64,000 bases of DNA from an uncultured Candidatus Saccharibacteria bacterium (GTDB taxonomy: Bacteria; Patescibacteriota; Doudnabacteria; UBA920). The notes under the pieces are model-generated. The model was not told the origin of the DNA. It saw only the letters and a program-made list of their open reading frames with translations, and did not search any database. The position numbers and the translations under genes were made by a program. The stretch lies in contig CAYYWQ010000001.1 in the NCBI GenBank assembly GCA_964474825.1, positions 741,609 through 805,608 of the forward strand. The letters are read 5' to 3'. Positions 8,135 to 17,420 of this stretch are shown one piece after another. The number at the start of each line of letters is the position of its first letter. The first letter of the stretch is position 1.

Positions 8135-8163
8135 AAAAATACACCAATCTTGGTGTATTTTTT
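8135..8163. terminator. Bidirectional terminator between convergent tRNAs
   Basis: AAAAATACACCAA-TC-TTGGTGTATTTTT. Confidence 0.75.
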
Positions 8164-8240
8164 TGGTGACCTCGGCAAGATTCGAACTTGCTACCTCTTG
8201 GTTCGAAGCCAAGCGCTCTATCCAAATGAGCTACGAGGTC
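8164..8240 (-). tRNA. tRNA-Arg (anticodon TCG)
   Basis: 77 nt; reverse complement GACCTCGTAGCTCATTTGGATAGAGCG-CTTGG-CT-TCG-AA-CCAAG...GTTCGAATC...GAGGTCACCA; upstream TTGGCA-17-TATAAT. Confidence 0.97.
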
Positions 8241-8282
8241 ATCCAGTTTATTATATAGAAAAAAGGCTACTCTGCCAACAAA

Positions 8283-8305
8283 AAAACCCTTTTTTTAAGG
8301 GTTTT
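8283..8305 (-). terminator. Terminator of the pil operon
   Basis: AAAACCCTT...AAGGGTTTT hairpin at the stop of the last pil-operon gene. Confidence 0.55.
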
Positions 8306-8657
8306 AAGGTAGTTGAAAGACTCCGGGAGAATCGGTTGTACCCGCAGTCCCGGCAGGTTTAGTAATATTAAAAGGATCCTTGTTAGTCCCGCCGCTAGGT
8401 CTAAAGGCACTCCCTTTTTCAAAACGTTCAACATTGGCATTATAGTCCTGGAAATTAATCCTTACCCCTTTAGGCGGCGGCGTTGAAGGGGCAGTTTGGC
8501 TCTCTAATTTTAGAACCATGGAAGCCGCGTCTTTGACCACGAAAAATTCAAAGAGCAATACCAAAACAAAGACGGCCAAAAATAAATACCGGCTGTCGGC
8601 CTTTAGTTTGCCCAAGTCCCGCATGGAAATATTTAAATTTAAGCTCACCTTTTTCAT
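8304..8657 (-). CDS. Membrane-anchored protein in the PilP position of the pil operon
   Basis: One TM helix and a KDPF motif (cf. PilP RDPF); directly follows pilO. Confidence 0.6.
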   Translation of the reverse strand: MKKVSLNLNISMRDLGKLKADSRYLFLAVFVLVLLFEFFVVKDAASMVLKLESQTAPSTPPPKGVRINFQDYNANVERFEKGSAFRPSGGTNKDPFNITKPAGTAGTTDSPGVFQLP

Positions 8658-8667
8658 TGGATTTAAA

Positions 8668-9216
8668 TTATTGATGATTACGGATATACAAAGTAACGCT
8701 CAAGGAAGAGTTAACCTCCCCACTGCCCGCAGTACTAACATTTAAGGAATGGGGCGTGGTTATATAATCTAAATTTTCTAAAGTTTCTATAAAATCAGTC
8801 ACATTACTCAAAGACCCGCTGACCGAGACGCTTATAGGAACAACAAATAACTGACTTTTGGTCGGGGCTTTAGCTATACTGGTAATCGTGCCTGCAATTC
8901 CACTTAAACTTAAATCGACATTCATTTTCTTTCCCAAATTCTCCAAAGTTTCAATTTCTTGGACCAGAGTGATGTCCTGGCTAAAAAAGTCCTGCGGCTT
9001 CATTTTCTGCTTTTGCATATTCTCCAGGTCTTCCTGCTCCAGCCGATAATTTTCAGCCTGGGCCTCCAGCGCGAGCATTTGGTTTTTTTGTTCAGAAATT
9101 TTACCCAAAGCCAGCTTGTTGGAAGCCTGAAGTATTTTAAAGCCAAAAAGAAACATTGCCCCGCAAACAGCGAGCCATACAACCAAAGTCAGGTAAATTT
9201 TAGTTTTTATTTCCAT
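8668..9216 (-). CDS. pilO: Type IV pilus assembly protein PilO-like
   Basis: N-terminal TM, coiled coil, SVSGSLSNVTDFIETLENL ferredoxin-like fold; synteny after pilM and pilN. Confidence 0.75.
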   Translation of the reverse strand: MEIKTKIYLTLVVWLAVCGAMFLFGFKILQASNKLALGKISEQKNQMLALEAQAENYRLEQEDLENMQKQKMKPQDFFSQDITLVQEIETLENLGKKMNVDLSLSGIAGTITSIAKAPTKSQLFVVPISVSVSGSLSNVTDFIETLENLDYITTPHSLNVSTAGSGEVNSSLSVTLYIRNHQ

Positions 9217-9221
9217 TGGAT

Positions 9222-9776
9222 TTACTTTAGCAATTCTTCCCTTACTTTAAAAGTAAAATGGTAAGAAATGTTGGCAGGCTGCGCCACATTTTCCAGCGGG
9301 TAATCTATCCCGTAAAATTCCTTGTCGTCATTTAAAATATTATTATAAAGCTGAATTACCAATTCACGGCTGGGACTTTGCCCGGAAATTTGGATGGTTT
9401 TTGCAGTAAAATCAGCCGAAAAAGAATTAACACTAACTCCGGCAGGAGGCAGGGCGGCAAAAGCCTTTACAACCTTAGACCACTTTGGAATTGCCTGGCC
9501 CAGATTTTTATAGTCGGTAATAAAATTATTAAAGTCATTAATCTGTTTTATAGTCGTGGAATTCTCCTGTTTTTTTACCTGGTTTTGCAGTGTTTCAATA
9601 TTTTGGCTAATGGCGCGTGCCTGGTTTTGCAAATAAAATTTCACGCCAAGCTGGCAGGCAATGACTAAAATAAAGCTAAACACGGAAATCCCAATAAGCC
9701 ACAACAGGGTGCGGAAAATAGCTTCCTGCTTGAACAGTTGCTGTCTCGCCGGCGGTAATAAATTAATAATTTTCAT
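9222..9776 (-). CDS. pilN: Type IV pilus assembly protein PilN
   Basis: N-terminal INLLP PilM-binding motif, TM helix, coiled coil. Confidence 0.85.
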   Translation of the reverse strand: MKIINLLPPARQQLFKQEAIFRTLLWLIGISVFSFILVIACQLGVKFYLQNQARAISQNIETLQNQVKKQENSTTIKQINDFNNFITDYKNLGQAIPKWSKVVKAFAALPPAGVSVNSFSADFTAKTIQISGQSPSRELVIQLYNNILNDDKEFYGIDYPLENVAQPANISYHFTFKVREELLK

Positions 9777-9787
9777 AATAAATACAG

Positions 9788-10849
9788 TTAACCTTTAAAA
9801 TCTATGCCGCGCAACGCCAAGCCAACGGCAGTCGTAAAACCCAGGCTGGTCTGGGGGTCCAGCAAAGGCTGTTTTAGCTCCGGCAGGCTTTGCCACGGGT
9901 TACCCAATTCCACCGACGGGTTGCCAAATTCGGCAAATTCCGGTTTTAAAAATTCCGCCAAATTTTTCATCCGCGCGCTGCCGCCGGCCAATATGATCCT
10001 CTCTACCTGCTTTTCGGAATGCTCGCCATGGAACCTTAAAATGCTTTTTATTTCAGCTACCAAATTATTTAACGCCGGAAGCAATGCAATTTTAATGTTA
10101 GGGTAATCTGCCGTGTTGGCAATGCCGATTTTTTTCTTTATTTCCTCCGCCTTAATGCTGGACACTCCCAAAATTTTCGCAATATTTTCCGTAAAGTTAT
10201 TTCCGGCAATGGGAACCGTAGACGTAAACTGCAGCACTCCTTCTTCTACCATAACCAAACTGCTCCGGTATGCGTCTAAATCCACCACCAAGGCCGTGTC
10301 CTTGCCGCCGGGCGGCAATAACGCCCGCAAACAGCTTTGCGATTCCACTTCCAAAGCGGCAGTCTTTATTCCGGCGGCGTCTAAAAAAGACAAGTACTGG
10401 TCCACAAATTCTTTAGGGGAAGCCACAATTAAAATATTCATTTTGTCCCCGTTGTCCCCTATTTTTTGCCAATCCAAATAAACCTGGTCCACGGGCAGAG
10501 GAATAAAACTCTCGGCTTCCACAGGCACTGCCGCTTCGGCCTCGGTGTCGCTCATTTGCGGAATTTGGATAACACGTACGAAAGATTTAGACTCCGGCAG
10601 GCTGATTATGGCATGGTTGCCGCGCAACTGCCCGTGCTGTGTCTTAGCAAGGTTTTGTTTTAAAATCTGGACGAAACCCTTCCCGTCAACAAAAGTGTCG
10701 TTGGACAGCATGCCCTTGGGCAAGACTGCGTCAGTGTAAGCCTGCAGTTTAACCTCGCTCCCGCTCCTTTCCAGTTGCAAAATCTTCAGCGAACTTCCGC
10801 TTATGTCGAGCCCGAAGGCAGGTTGATGGTTGGAAAAAAAGTTAAACAT
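9788..10849 (-). CDS. pilM: Type IV pilus assembly protein PilM
   Basis: Actin-like FGLDISGSSLK, IPLPVDQVYLDW, ILAGGSA and TTAVGLALRG motifs. Confidence 0.93.
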   Translation of the reverse strand: MFNFFSNHQPAFGLDISGSSLKILQLERSGSEVKLQAYTDAVLPKGMLSNDTFVDGKGFVQILKQNLAKTQHGQLRGNHAIISLPESKSFVRVIQIPQMSDTEAEAAVPVEAESFIPLPVDQVYLDWQKIGDNGDKMNILIVASPKEFVDQYLSFLDAAGIKTAALEVESQSCLRALLPPGGKDTALVVDLDAYRSSLVMVEEGVLQFTSTVPIAGNNFTENIAKILGVSSIKAEEIKKKIGIANTADYPNIKIALLPALNNLVAEIKSILRFHGEHSEKQVERIILAGGSARMKNLAEFLKPEFAEFGNPSVELGNPWQSLPELKQPLLDPQTSLGFTTAVGLALRGIDFKG

Positions 10850-10852
10850 AGA

Positions 10853-12064
10853 CTATTGTATGCTCTGGCTAATTTGATAAATAGGGGCAATTAAAGCCAT
10901 GGCTAAAACGCCGACAACACCTCCAATAACTAAAAGCAGTAAAGGTTCAATAACAGAAGAAAGGTTACGCAGGGTAACATCTACCTCTTCTTCATAATGC
11001 TCGGCCAATTGCCCCAGAATTTCTTCCACTGTACCGCTTTCCTCGCCCACTTGCAGCATTTGAACCACAATAATAGGAAAAAGTTTTGGGTCTTTGCTTA
11101 AAGATTCGGTTAAAGGTTTTCCTAATTTAACATCTATGGAAGCATTGGCCACTATATCCCGGTACCATACATTGTCCATTGAGTCGCCGGCCACTTCCAG
11201 GCCCTGGACAATGGGAATACCGCTTTTTAAAAGCGAACTTAAAATTCTTGAGAAGCGGGCCAAGTTAATTTTTTTGTCTATGGTGTTAATTAAATAAAAA
11301 TGAACCAATAACCAGTCCAAAGAACGCCTTCCGGCGGCAGTTTTGTAAAAACCATAAAGGCTGGCAAAAAATGCAAACATTATTAATATTGAAACCACGG
11401 CATGATTACCCATAAAATCAGAAAGTACAATAACCGCTTGTGTTGTAATGGGAAGTTTGCCGTTAAAATCCTTAAAAACCGCGGTTAAGGTTGGCAGCAC
11501 AAAAATTGACAACAGTACGCCAATAATTATCATGGCAAAAACAATAACCGAGGGGTATATCATGGCGCCTTTTATTTTAGAACGAAGGTCCGCTTCACGC
11601 CGCAATTGTATGGTTAAATACTGCAAGCTACTTTCCAAATTACCGGAAATTTCCCCAACTTTTATCATACTGGAAACAATATTTGAAAAAACAGTGGGGT
11701 ATTTACCCACAGCTTCCCCCAAACTTTTCCCGGACTCCACCTGCTGGGCAATATCGGTCAGGATTTTTTTAAAACGCGCGTTCCTGCTTTGTTTTACCTG
11801 AATTTGCAAAGCGCGGGTTACGGAAATTCCGGCTTTAAGCATTACTCCCAAATTTTCAATAAATCCGATTTTTTCGCTTAAAGATACGGTACCAATCTCA
11901 TTCAGCTTGTCTAAAATGGAACCTTCTGCCGCCTGCTCCAGGCTAGTCGGGAGCAGTCCCCGCTCTTTTAACATATGTCCGGCCGCGGCCAAACTAGGCG
12001 CGGAAATATCCCCGCTTTCCCTCTGCCCCTGTTTAGTAATGGCGCTATATGTAAATTCAGACAT
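10853..12064 (-). CDS. pilC: Type II secretion F family / type IV pilus platform protein PilC (start likely ATG 12064)
   Basis: Two T2SSF repeats: MLKAGI...GEISGNL...GAMIYP and LLKSGIP...GEESG...IEP. Confidence 0.93.
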   Translation of the reverse strand: MSEFTYSAITKQGQRESGDISAPSLAAAGHMLKERGLLPTSLEQAAEGSILDKLNEIGTVSLSEKIGFIENLGVMLKAGISVTRALQIQVKQSRNARFKKILTDIAQQVESGKSLGEAVGKYPTVFSNIVSSMIKVGEISGNLESSLQYLTIQLRREADLRSKIKGAMIYPSVIVFAMIIIGVLLSIFVLPTLTAVFKDFNGKLPITTQAVIVLSDFMGNHAVVSILIMFAFFASLYGFYKTAAGRRSLDWLLVHFYLINTIDKKINLARFSRILSSLLKSGIPIVQGLEVAGDSMDNVWYRDIVANASIDVKLGKPLTESLSKDPKLFPIIVVQMLQVGEESGTVEEILGQLAEHYEEEVDVTLRNLSSVIEPLLLLVIGGVVGVLAMALIAPIYQISQSIQ

Positions 12065-12080
12065 GAGATAGGCTTGCAAT

Positions 12081-12166
12081 TAAAAGATTAAAAGATTTAA
12101 TGATTGAAAGATTCTGATATTTTAAAATTTCCACAATCTTTAAATCTTTTTATTTTTTTTATTTTT
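12081..12166. repeat. Inverted octamer arrays (AAAGATT-type then AATCTTT-type) filling the pilB-pilC gap
   Basis: TAAAAGAT TAAAAGAT TTAATGAT TGAAAGAT T (12081-12113), then AATCTTTA AATCTTTT and degenerate units (12135-12166). Confidence 0.75.
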
Positions 12167-13921
12167 CTATTCCTTTGACACCCTCACAATTTCCTCAACT
12201 GTTGTTATTCCTTGGGCGGCTTTTATAAAACCGTCTTCCCACATTAAGACCATTCCCTCTTTTTCAGCCTGCTCCTGGATTTCCTGGGCGCTTTTGTGTC
12301 CCATTATCATTTGCCCGATTTCCGGGGTTACTTCCAAAATTTCGTGGATGCCCACGCGGCCTTTGTAGCCGCTGTGGTTGCACTTGTCACAGCCTTCGCC
12401 TTTGTAAAATTTTACTTCGGTAACAGACTTAACTTTGTCTGTGGCAAGTCCCCGTGCCACCAAAACCGGCAATAATTTTTCCATATGGAATTGCCTGTCC
12501 AAGGTAGTTAATGCCGCTTCTTCAAGTTTTACCGCGACTTTACAGTCTTTACAAATAACACGCACCAAGCGCTGGGCCATAACAGCGTTAATGGTGGAAG
12601 CAATTAAAAAAGGTTCCACGCCAATGTCCAAAAGCCTGGGCAGGGCCGCGGCCGCGTCGTTAGTATGCAGGGTAGAAAATACAATGTGTCCGGTCATGGC
12701 CGCGTGCACGGCTTCTTCCGCGGTTTCCTTGTCGCGGATTTCACCGATCATAATAATGTTAGGATCTTGCCTAAGCAGAGCCCGCAGACCAATGTCAAAA
12801 GTCAGCCCGATCTTAGGGTTAATTTGCATTTGGTTTGCGCCCACAATGCGATATTCCACCGGGTCTTCAATGGTGGAAATATTTACGCTTTTGGTGTTGA
12901 GCATGGAAAGCACGGTGTATAGAGTGGTGGATTTTCCGCTTCCGGTAGGACCGGTAACTAACATCATGCCGTGCGGACGCTTAACGTTACGCGTAATTAT
13001 TTCAATATCAATTGCTTCAAAACCCAAGTCTTCCAAGGAAGCGGCTTTGGCGGATTCGTCCAATAAACGGATAACCACTTTTTCCCCATCAAAAATTGGA
13101 ATTGTAGAAACACGCATGGAAAACTTATAGCCGTCTTTTTCAATTTTAAAGCGTCCGTCCTGGGGCAAACGGTGTTCGTCAATTTTTAAATTAGACAAAA
13201 CTTTAATACGCGCGACTATGGCAGCCTGAATAACTTTTGGCAAAGTCATAACGTCATGCAGCACGCCGTCTATACGGTAGCGGACAATAACAGAACTTTC
13301 CTGGGGCTCAATGTGTATGTCTGAAGCTTTTTCAAAAATTGCGTATTCAATTAAAGTATCTACCACGCGAATGACCGGAATTTCTTCGGCCATTTTTTTA
13401 AGGCCATCGTCCGCGCTCTCCCCTTCGGGCTTGGACTTCAGGCCTTTGTCGCCCGGGGCTGTAAACAAGTGTTTGATTTCTTTTTCCAGGCTGGAATGGT
13501 ATTTGGAAAGGCCAAAATCTAAACTGGCCTTGCCAATAAGGAATATTTTTATTTTTAGGCCGGTTTTCTTTTGAATGAATTCCTTGGTTTGGAGGTCGGT
13601 AGGGTCTGTCATTGCCAAAGACAAATCTTCTTTGGTTTTTGCAAAGCTGATTACTTGGTGGCGGTGCGCAATAGGTTCGGGAACCAAATTTAAAATGTCC
13701 TGGGCAATGGTTTCATTGCGTAAATCCACAACCTTTACCCCCAAAAGCTCGCTTTTAACAGCCAATAACTGCTCTTCACTGACTACTTTTTTCTCAAGCA
13801 AAAAATCTTCCCAAGGCGCGGCAACTTTTTGGGTGTTAAGCTCTTTGTCCAACTGCAGGATTGAGCTGTCAGTTAAAAATTTTTTTTCTTTTAATGCTTG
13901 GTTAAGCAGTTTCTTGTCCAT
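12167..13921 (-). CDS. pilB: Type IV pilus extension ATPase PilB (GspE/PulE family)
   Basis: ASDIHIEP, RLPQDGR, Walker A GPTGSGKSTT, TIEDPVE, LRQDPNIIMIGEIRD, His box and CxxC pairs. Confidence 0.95.
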   Translation of the reverse strand: MDKKLLNQALKEKKFLTDSSILQLDKELNTQKVAAPWEDFLLEKKVVSEEQLLAVKSELLGVKVVDLRNETIAQDILNLVPEPIAHRHQVISFAKTKEDLSLAMTDPTDLQTKEFIQKKTGLKIKIFLIGKASLDFGLSKYHSSLEKEIKHLFTAPGDKGLKSKPEGESADDGLKKMAEEIPVIRVVDTLIEYAIFEKASDIHIEPQESSVIVRYRIDGVLHDVMTLPKVIQAAIVARIKVLSNLKIDEHRLPQDGRFKIEKDGYKFSMRVSTIPIFDGEKVVIRLLDESAKAASLEDLGFEAIDIEIITRNVKRPHGMMLVTGPTGSGKSTTLYTVLSMLNTKSVNISTIEDPVEYRIVGANQMQINPKIGLTFDIGLRALLRQDPNIIMIGEIRDKETAEEAVHAAMTGHIVFSTLHTNDAAAALPRLLDIGVEPFLIASTINAVMAQRLVRVICKDCKVAVKLEEAALTTLDRQFHMEKLLPVLVARGLATDKVKSVTEVKFYKGEGCDKCNHSGYKGRVGIHEILEVTPEIGQMIMGHKSAQEIQEQAEKEGMVLMWEDGFIKAAQGITTVEEIVRVSKE

Positions 13922-14006
13922 TTGGAAACTTTAGTTTTGATTTCAAGTTTTGGCTTTTTTGCTAACTTATTATAACACGATTTATATACTTACGCAAAAA
14001 ATAAAG

Positions 14007-14031
14007 AAAACTCCGCGAAGAGCGGAGTTTT
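14007..14031. terminator. Intrinsic terminator
   Basis: AAAACTCCGC-GAAGA-GCGGAGTTTT. Confidence 0.75.
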
Positions 14032-14052
14032 AAAAAAATAAATACGCTTATA

Positions 14053-14277
14053 TTACATCTTTAGAAACTCCAAAAGCTTATAAACCAGCATAGCCGGCCA
14101 AACCATGGCCTTTAAAACCCCTAAAACCCCCATGCCAAACGTGGCCGCGTGCTGAATGTAAAAAATTAACGCTCCAATAAACCCTAAACCATAAGCCCCG
14201 CTGGCCGCGCCATGGCCGCGCATATTGCCGCAATGCCTGCAGCAATTCTCCATAGGTGCCGTATTTCCATTTTCCAT
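14053..14277 (-). CDS. Small membrane protein
   Basis: GAYGLGFIGALIFYIQHA...KAMVWPAMLVY; two hydrophobic helices. Confidence 0.7.
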   Translation of the reverse strand: MENGNTAPMENCCRHCGNMRGHGAASGAYGLGFIGALIFYIQHAATFGMGVLGVLKAMVWPAMLVYKLLEFLKM

Positions 14278-14320
14278 AAAATTCCTTTCTACATTAGCGG
14301 CTCCCGGGCCGTCCTGTTAA

Positions 14321-14557
14321 TTATTTTTTCCAGCGAGGGGCAAAACGAATTAAATAAGTGAATAGCTTTGCCTTAAGCTTATTCATTCCTCCCTTTACCA
14401 TACTTTCGTAAGAATTTTTTTGGAATTCTTTTAAGTCAGCTCCTTCATAACTGAGCTTGCCGTCCTTAAAACAATAACTGCAATAACGGTCCGACTCCCT
14501 CGCCCCCGGGTCTTTACTAAACGGCATTGAACAACTTTCACACCTTGTATTTTCCAT
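14321..14557 (-). CDS. Zinc-ribbon domain protein
   Basis: CESCSMP...YCSYCFKDG...PRWK pattern. Confidence 0.82.
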   Translation of the reverse strand: MENTRCESCSMPFSKDPGARESDRYCSYCFKDGKLSYEGADLKEFQKNSYESMVKGGMNKLKAKLFTYLIRFAPRWKK

Positions 14558-14568
14558 AAATTTTTAAA

Positions 14569-15426
14569 TTAATTTTTTGCAAACATGTTTTTTACTTCAT
14601 CCGGATAGTCAGTGCAAATAATATCGGGCTTTAGGCTTATTATTTCACTAATTCTTTCGAATAAAATATTTTTGTCAGCCGCATCGGAGTGTTTTTCCGA
14701 ACCCAAAAGTCCGGGCGAGGAAGAATGCAGTTCCGGGGTAATCAGGCCAATACCAAGCCCTTTGCCGCGAATTTTTTTAAATACCTCTTCGGTGTATAAT
14801 TTTTTTGTACCTCCGCCTTTGTCCACCCTGTCCCATTCGTCCAGCCATACCCAGTCAAATAAATTTTTATTTTCCAGCGCCATTTCCAAAGGCAAAAGGG
14901 TGCCGCCAACGCAGCTATTATAACGCTCAATGTCGTAAGGGTGGGCAACGGAAGGAGCCAAATGCAGCTTGCTGTTTTTTTCTTTTAAATATTTTGCGGT
15001 TTCAACAGTTACGTCGAATATAATAAATTTTTCAGGATCTGCTTTTTCTAAAAAAGGAAGGATAACGTCTACAGCTTGTTTATTTTGCATACCATGCTTT
15101 ATGTGGATAGCAGAAACTGCGCCGGAAGCTTGTTTTTTACTAATGAGCTCCAGGAGATGCTCAAAAGACGCTAAATGGCAGCCATTAAAATTAAAAGATG
15201 TTATCTCATTTAAAGCAAGCTCACTAATCTTATTATTTTTTTCGCCACGAGAAATCCTCTCCAAATTTGAGTCGTGGGAAACCACAATTTGATTGTCTTT
15301 TGTCAGTTGCAGGTCAAATTCCAAACCAAAACCGTTTTCCAATTGGTCTGTAAACGCTTCAAGCGAACTTTCCAAAAAATAATTTTGTTTTGAAAAATTT
15401 AATCCTCTGTGGGTAATTACGTTCAT
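14569..15426 (-). CDS. Glycerophosphodiester phosphodiesterase (GDPD) family protein
   Basis: ITHRG, ESSLEAF, LEFDLQLTKD...VVSHD and ICTDYP motifs. Confidence 0.85.
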   Translation of the reverse strand: MNVITHRGLNFSKQNYFLESSLEAFTDQLENGFGLEFDLQLTKDNQIVVSHDSNLERISRGEKNNKISELALNEITSFNFNGCHLASFEHLLELISKKQASGAVSAIHIKHGMQNKQAVDVILPFLEKADPEKFIIFDVTVETAKYLKEKNSKLHLAPSVAHPYDIERYNSCVGGTLLPLEMALENKNLFDWVWLDEWDRVDKGGGTKKLYTEEVFKKIRGKGLGIGLITPELHSSSPGLLGSEKHSDAADKNILFERISEIISLKPDIICTDYPDEVKNMFAKN

Positions 15427-16166
15427 TCGGCTTTTTTAATTGTGGCTAAAAATTGGTTTAAATCTTCCGGGGTGCCCAAACCATGCATTTGTTCCGGCTT
15501 AATTTCATGGGTATAAATTTTGCTTCCCGCAATTAGCATTTCGTTGTAAACCGGGCAGACAAAAAATTCATTGTTATGCCTTATGTCTTTTTTTATCATC
15601 GACTGGGCGCTGCTAACGAAATCGCTGCCTTTTTTAAAAAAATAAAGTCCTACTGTGGCGTTGTCGGAAATAACTTTTTTCTCAGCTGTTTCTAAAACCA
15701 TGCCGCTTTCGTCAGTCCGGGCGTAGCTCCACTTTGGATGACTGGATTTAAAAGTCATTATACGGCCATCGCCTTTTTCCCGCGCCGCTTCTATAAAAGA
15801 ATTAATGTCTATGTCTATTATTTGGTCGGCATTGGCAATAAGCATTTCGTCGTCATTATTAATATACTTAATTGCCGTTAAAACCGTGCAGGCCGCGCCT
15901 TGGGTTTGGCCAAGCAAGGGCACAACTTCAAACTTGTTGTCTGTGGCTTTTTGCAAGACATGGTAAAGGTCGTATTTATCCAAATGCTCCTTAAGCGCTA
16001 CAAAAATAAACCTGTGGGGAGTTTTAGGCCGCAAATTTTCCACGACCATTTCTATCATGGTTTTGCCGCCCATGTCTATTAAAGGCTTGGGGAATGTGTA
16101 ACCCGCGTTTATAAATGCCCCTCCCCTCCCTGCCATTGGCATTACAATATTTAATATTTTTTCCAT
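15423..16166 (-). CDS. Sugar-phosphate nucleotidyltransferase, BcbE/KfoE-like
   Basis: IVMPMAGRG..F...GY..PKPLI, TQGAACT, NADQ, HPKWSY, AEKKVISDNATVG, NNEFFVCPVYN and GLGTPEDL motifs. Confidence 0.85.
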   Translation of the reverse strand: MEKILNIVMPMAGRGGAFINAGYTFPKPLIDMGGKTMIEMVVENLRPKTPHRFIFVALKEHLDKYDLYHVLQKATDNKFEVVPLLGQTQGAACTVLTAIKYINNDDEMLIANADQIIDIDINSFIEAAREKGDGRIMTFKSSHPKWSYARTDESGMVLETAEKKVISDNATVGLYFFKKGSDFVSSAQSMIKKDIRHNNEFFVCPVYNEMLIAGSKIYTHEIKPEQMHGLGTPEDLNQFLATIKKAE

Positions 16167-16242
16167 ATATTTTATTTAGGACCTAAGTCTCATCTGGATA
16201 TTAAATAATAGATGAAACGCTTAAGCTCTTTATAATTAATGA

Positions 16243-17064
16243 TTATGGTTTTTCTACTTTGCAATTCTTCAAAAATATACCTAAATCTTCCGGTGTTCCA
16301 AGTCCCCAAACTTCCGGTAGCAGCGCGGCCCTAAGCTTCATGCCTTTATTTAGCAAACGCTGATAGAGGGGGGCTATGTAAAATTCCCCCTTGCCCGAAG
16401 GCCCGCTGACTTCGTTTTTTTCCATAACTTCTTCCACTTCCCGTAAAAAATATTTGGCTTTGGAAAAATAGTAAGCGCCAATGTTGGCAGGAGCGCCTTT
16501 TTTCATAAGCTCCGGGTCTTTTTCGCCGACCTGGATTATTTCGTCCGTGCCTTCCTTAAGGAGCGAATAACTCCAACGGGCAATGCCGTCGTTTGGCGGA
16601 GTAAATACCGGAATTATCCCGGCTGTTTCCGGGCCCTTTTCCAAAATAATTTTTTGTAAAATAGAACCGTCAAAAAAATGGTCTGAGTCGGAAAACAACA
16701 CGTCCTCCTCGTCGTTTAAAAACGGCTTGGCTTGGTAAGCGGTTTCGGCCGCTCCCCGTGTTAGGGCCGGCAGAACAATAACATTAACCTCGTCTGAATA
16801 AATTTCCTTAAGCTGTTTGGCTATTTGGTGCTGGTCGTCGTGTTCTTTTAAAATTATAAAGACAATGTCTTTCGGCGTAACTTTTAAAGGCCCGGTAACA
16901 GTTTGTCCCGGATGCTCTACAAAAGGTAAAGAGCCTGTAGCCCACCGCACCATTGGTATGCCGCGCACTAAAATAAAAGGTTTTGGTTTTTTGTATTCCG
17001 GATTTTGGTCTACTGCTTTAGCAAACCGAGTGCCAAGACCTGCCATGGGGATTACTAGTTTCAT
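16243..17064 (-). CDS. Second BcbE-like nucleotidyltransferase
   Basis: VIPMAGLGTRF...PKPFI, TRGAAET, DSD, RWSY, GEFYIAPLY and GLGTPEDL motifs. Confidence 0.83.
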   Translation of the reverse strand: MKLVIPMAGLGTRFAKAVDQNPEYKKPKPFILVRGIPMVRWATGSLPFVEHPGQTVTGPLKVTPKDIVFIILKEHDDQHQIAKQLKEIYSDEVNVIVLPALTRGAAETAYQAKPFLNDEEDVLFSDSDHFFDGSILQKIILEKGPETAGIIPVFTPPNDGIARWSYSLLKEGTDEIIQVGEKDPELMKKGAPANIGAYYFSKAKYFLREVEEVMEKNEVSGPSGKGEFYIAPLYQRLLNKGMKLRAALLPEVWGLGTPEDLGIFLKNCKVEKP

Positions 17065-17068
17065 GAAT

Positions 17069-17100
17069 TTAGTTGTTAGTTGTTAGTAAATAGTTATTAG
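17069..17100. repeat. Heptamer tandem array (TTAGTTG-type)
   Basis: TTAGTTG TTAGTTG TTAGTAA ATAGTTA TTAG fills the intergenic gap. Confidence 0.6.
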
Positions 17101-17420
17101 GCGGCCGAGTACTTATCACCCATAACAGATGGGGTCTTAATTACAGCGGTGGCCCCATCTTTAACACAAATAAATTCCACTGCGTCACCCGGCTCTACAT
17201 CTATCACTTCCCCCGCTGCCACGGCCCGTCCGTTTAAGGTAAATTCACCCGAAACCACAATAGAAATTTCGCGGGCAATTTTATGCACGTGCTTTTCATG
17301 TTTTTCTCCGGCTTTAAAATTTTGCACTGCAAATTCAAAATCTTTTGTGCGCATTATGCTCGGCTCGAAATTCCCAACCACCCAGCCCCTTGTAAAATTT
17401 TCCAATTTATAAAATTTCAT
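17097..17420 (-). CDS. Cupin domain protein
   Basis: GWVVGNFEP...HEKHVHKIAREISIVVSG...KTPS; 107 aa. Confidence 0.8.
   Translation of the reverse strand: MKFYKLENFTRGWVVGNFEPSIMRTKDFEFAVQNFKAGEKHEKHVHKIAREISIVVSGEFTLNGRAVAAGEVIDVEPGDAVEFICVKDGATAVIKTPSVMGDKYSAA

Noticed and set aside
8046-8240. tRNA-targeted genomic island
   Set aside because: No duplicated tRNA 3' end or integrase was noticed in the window.
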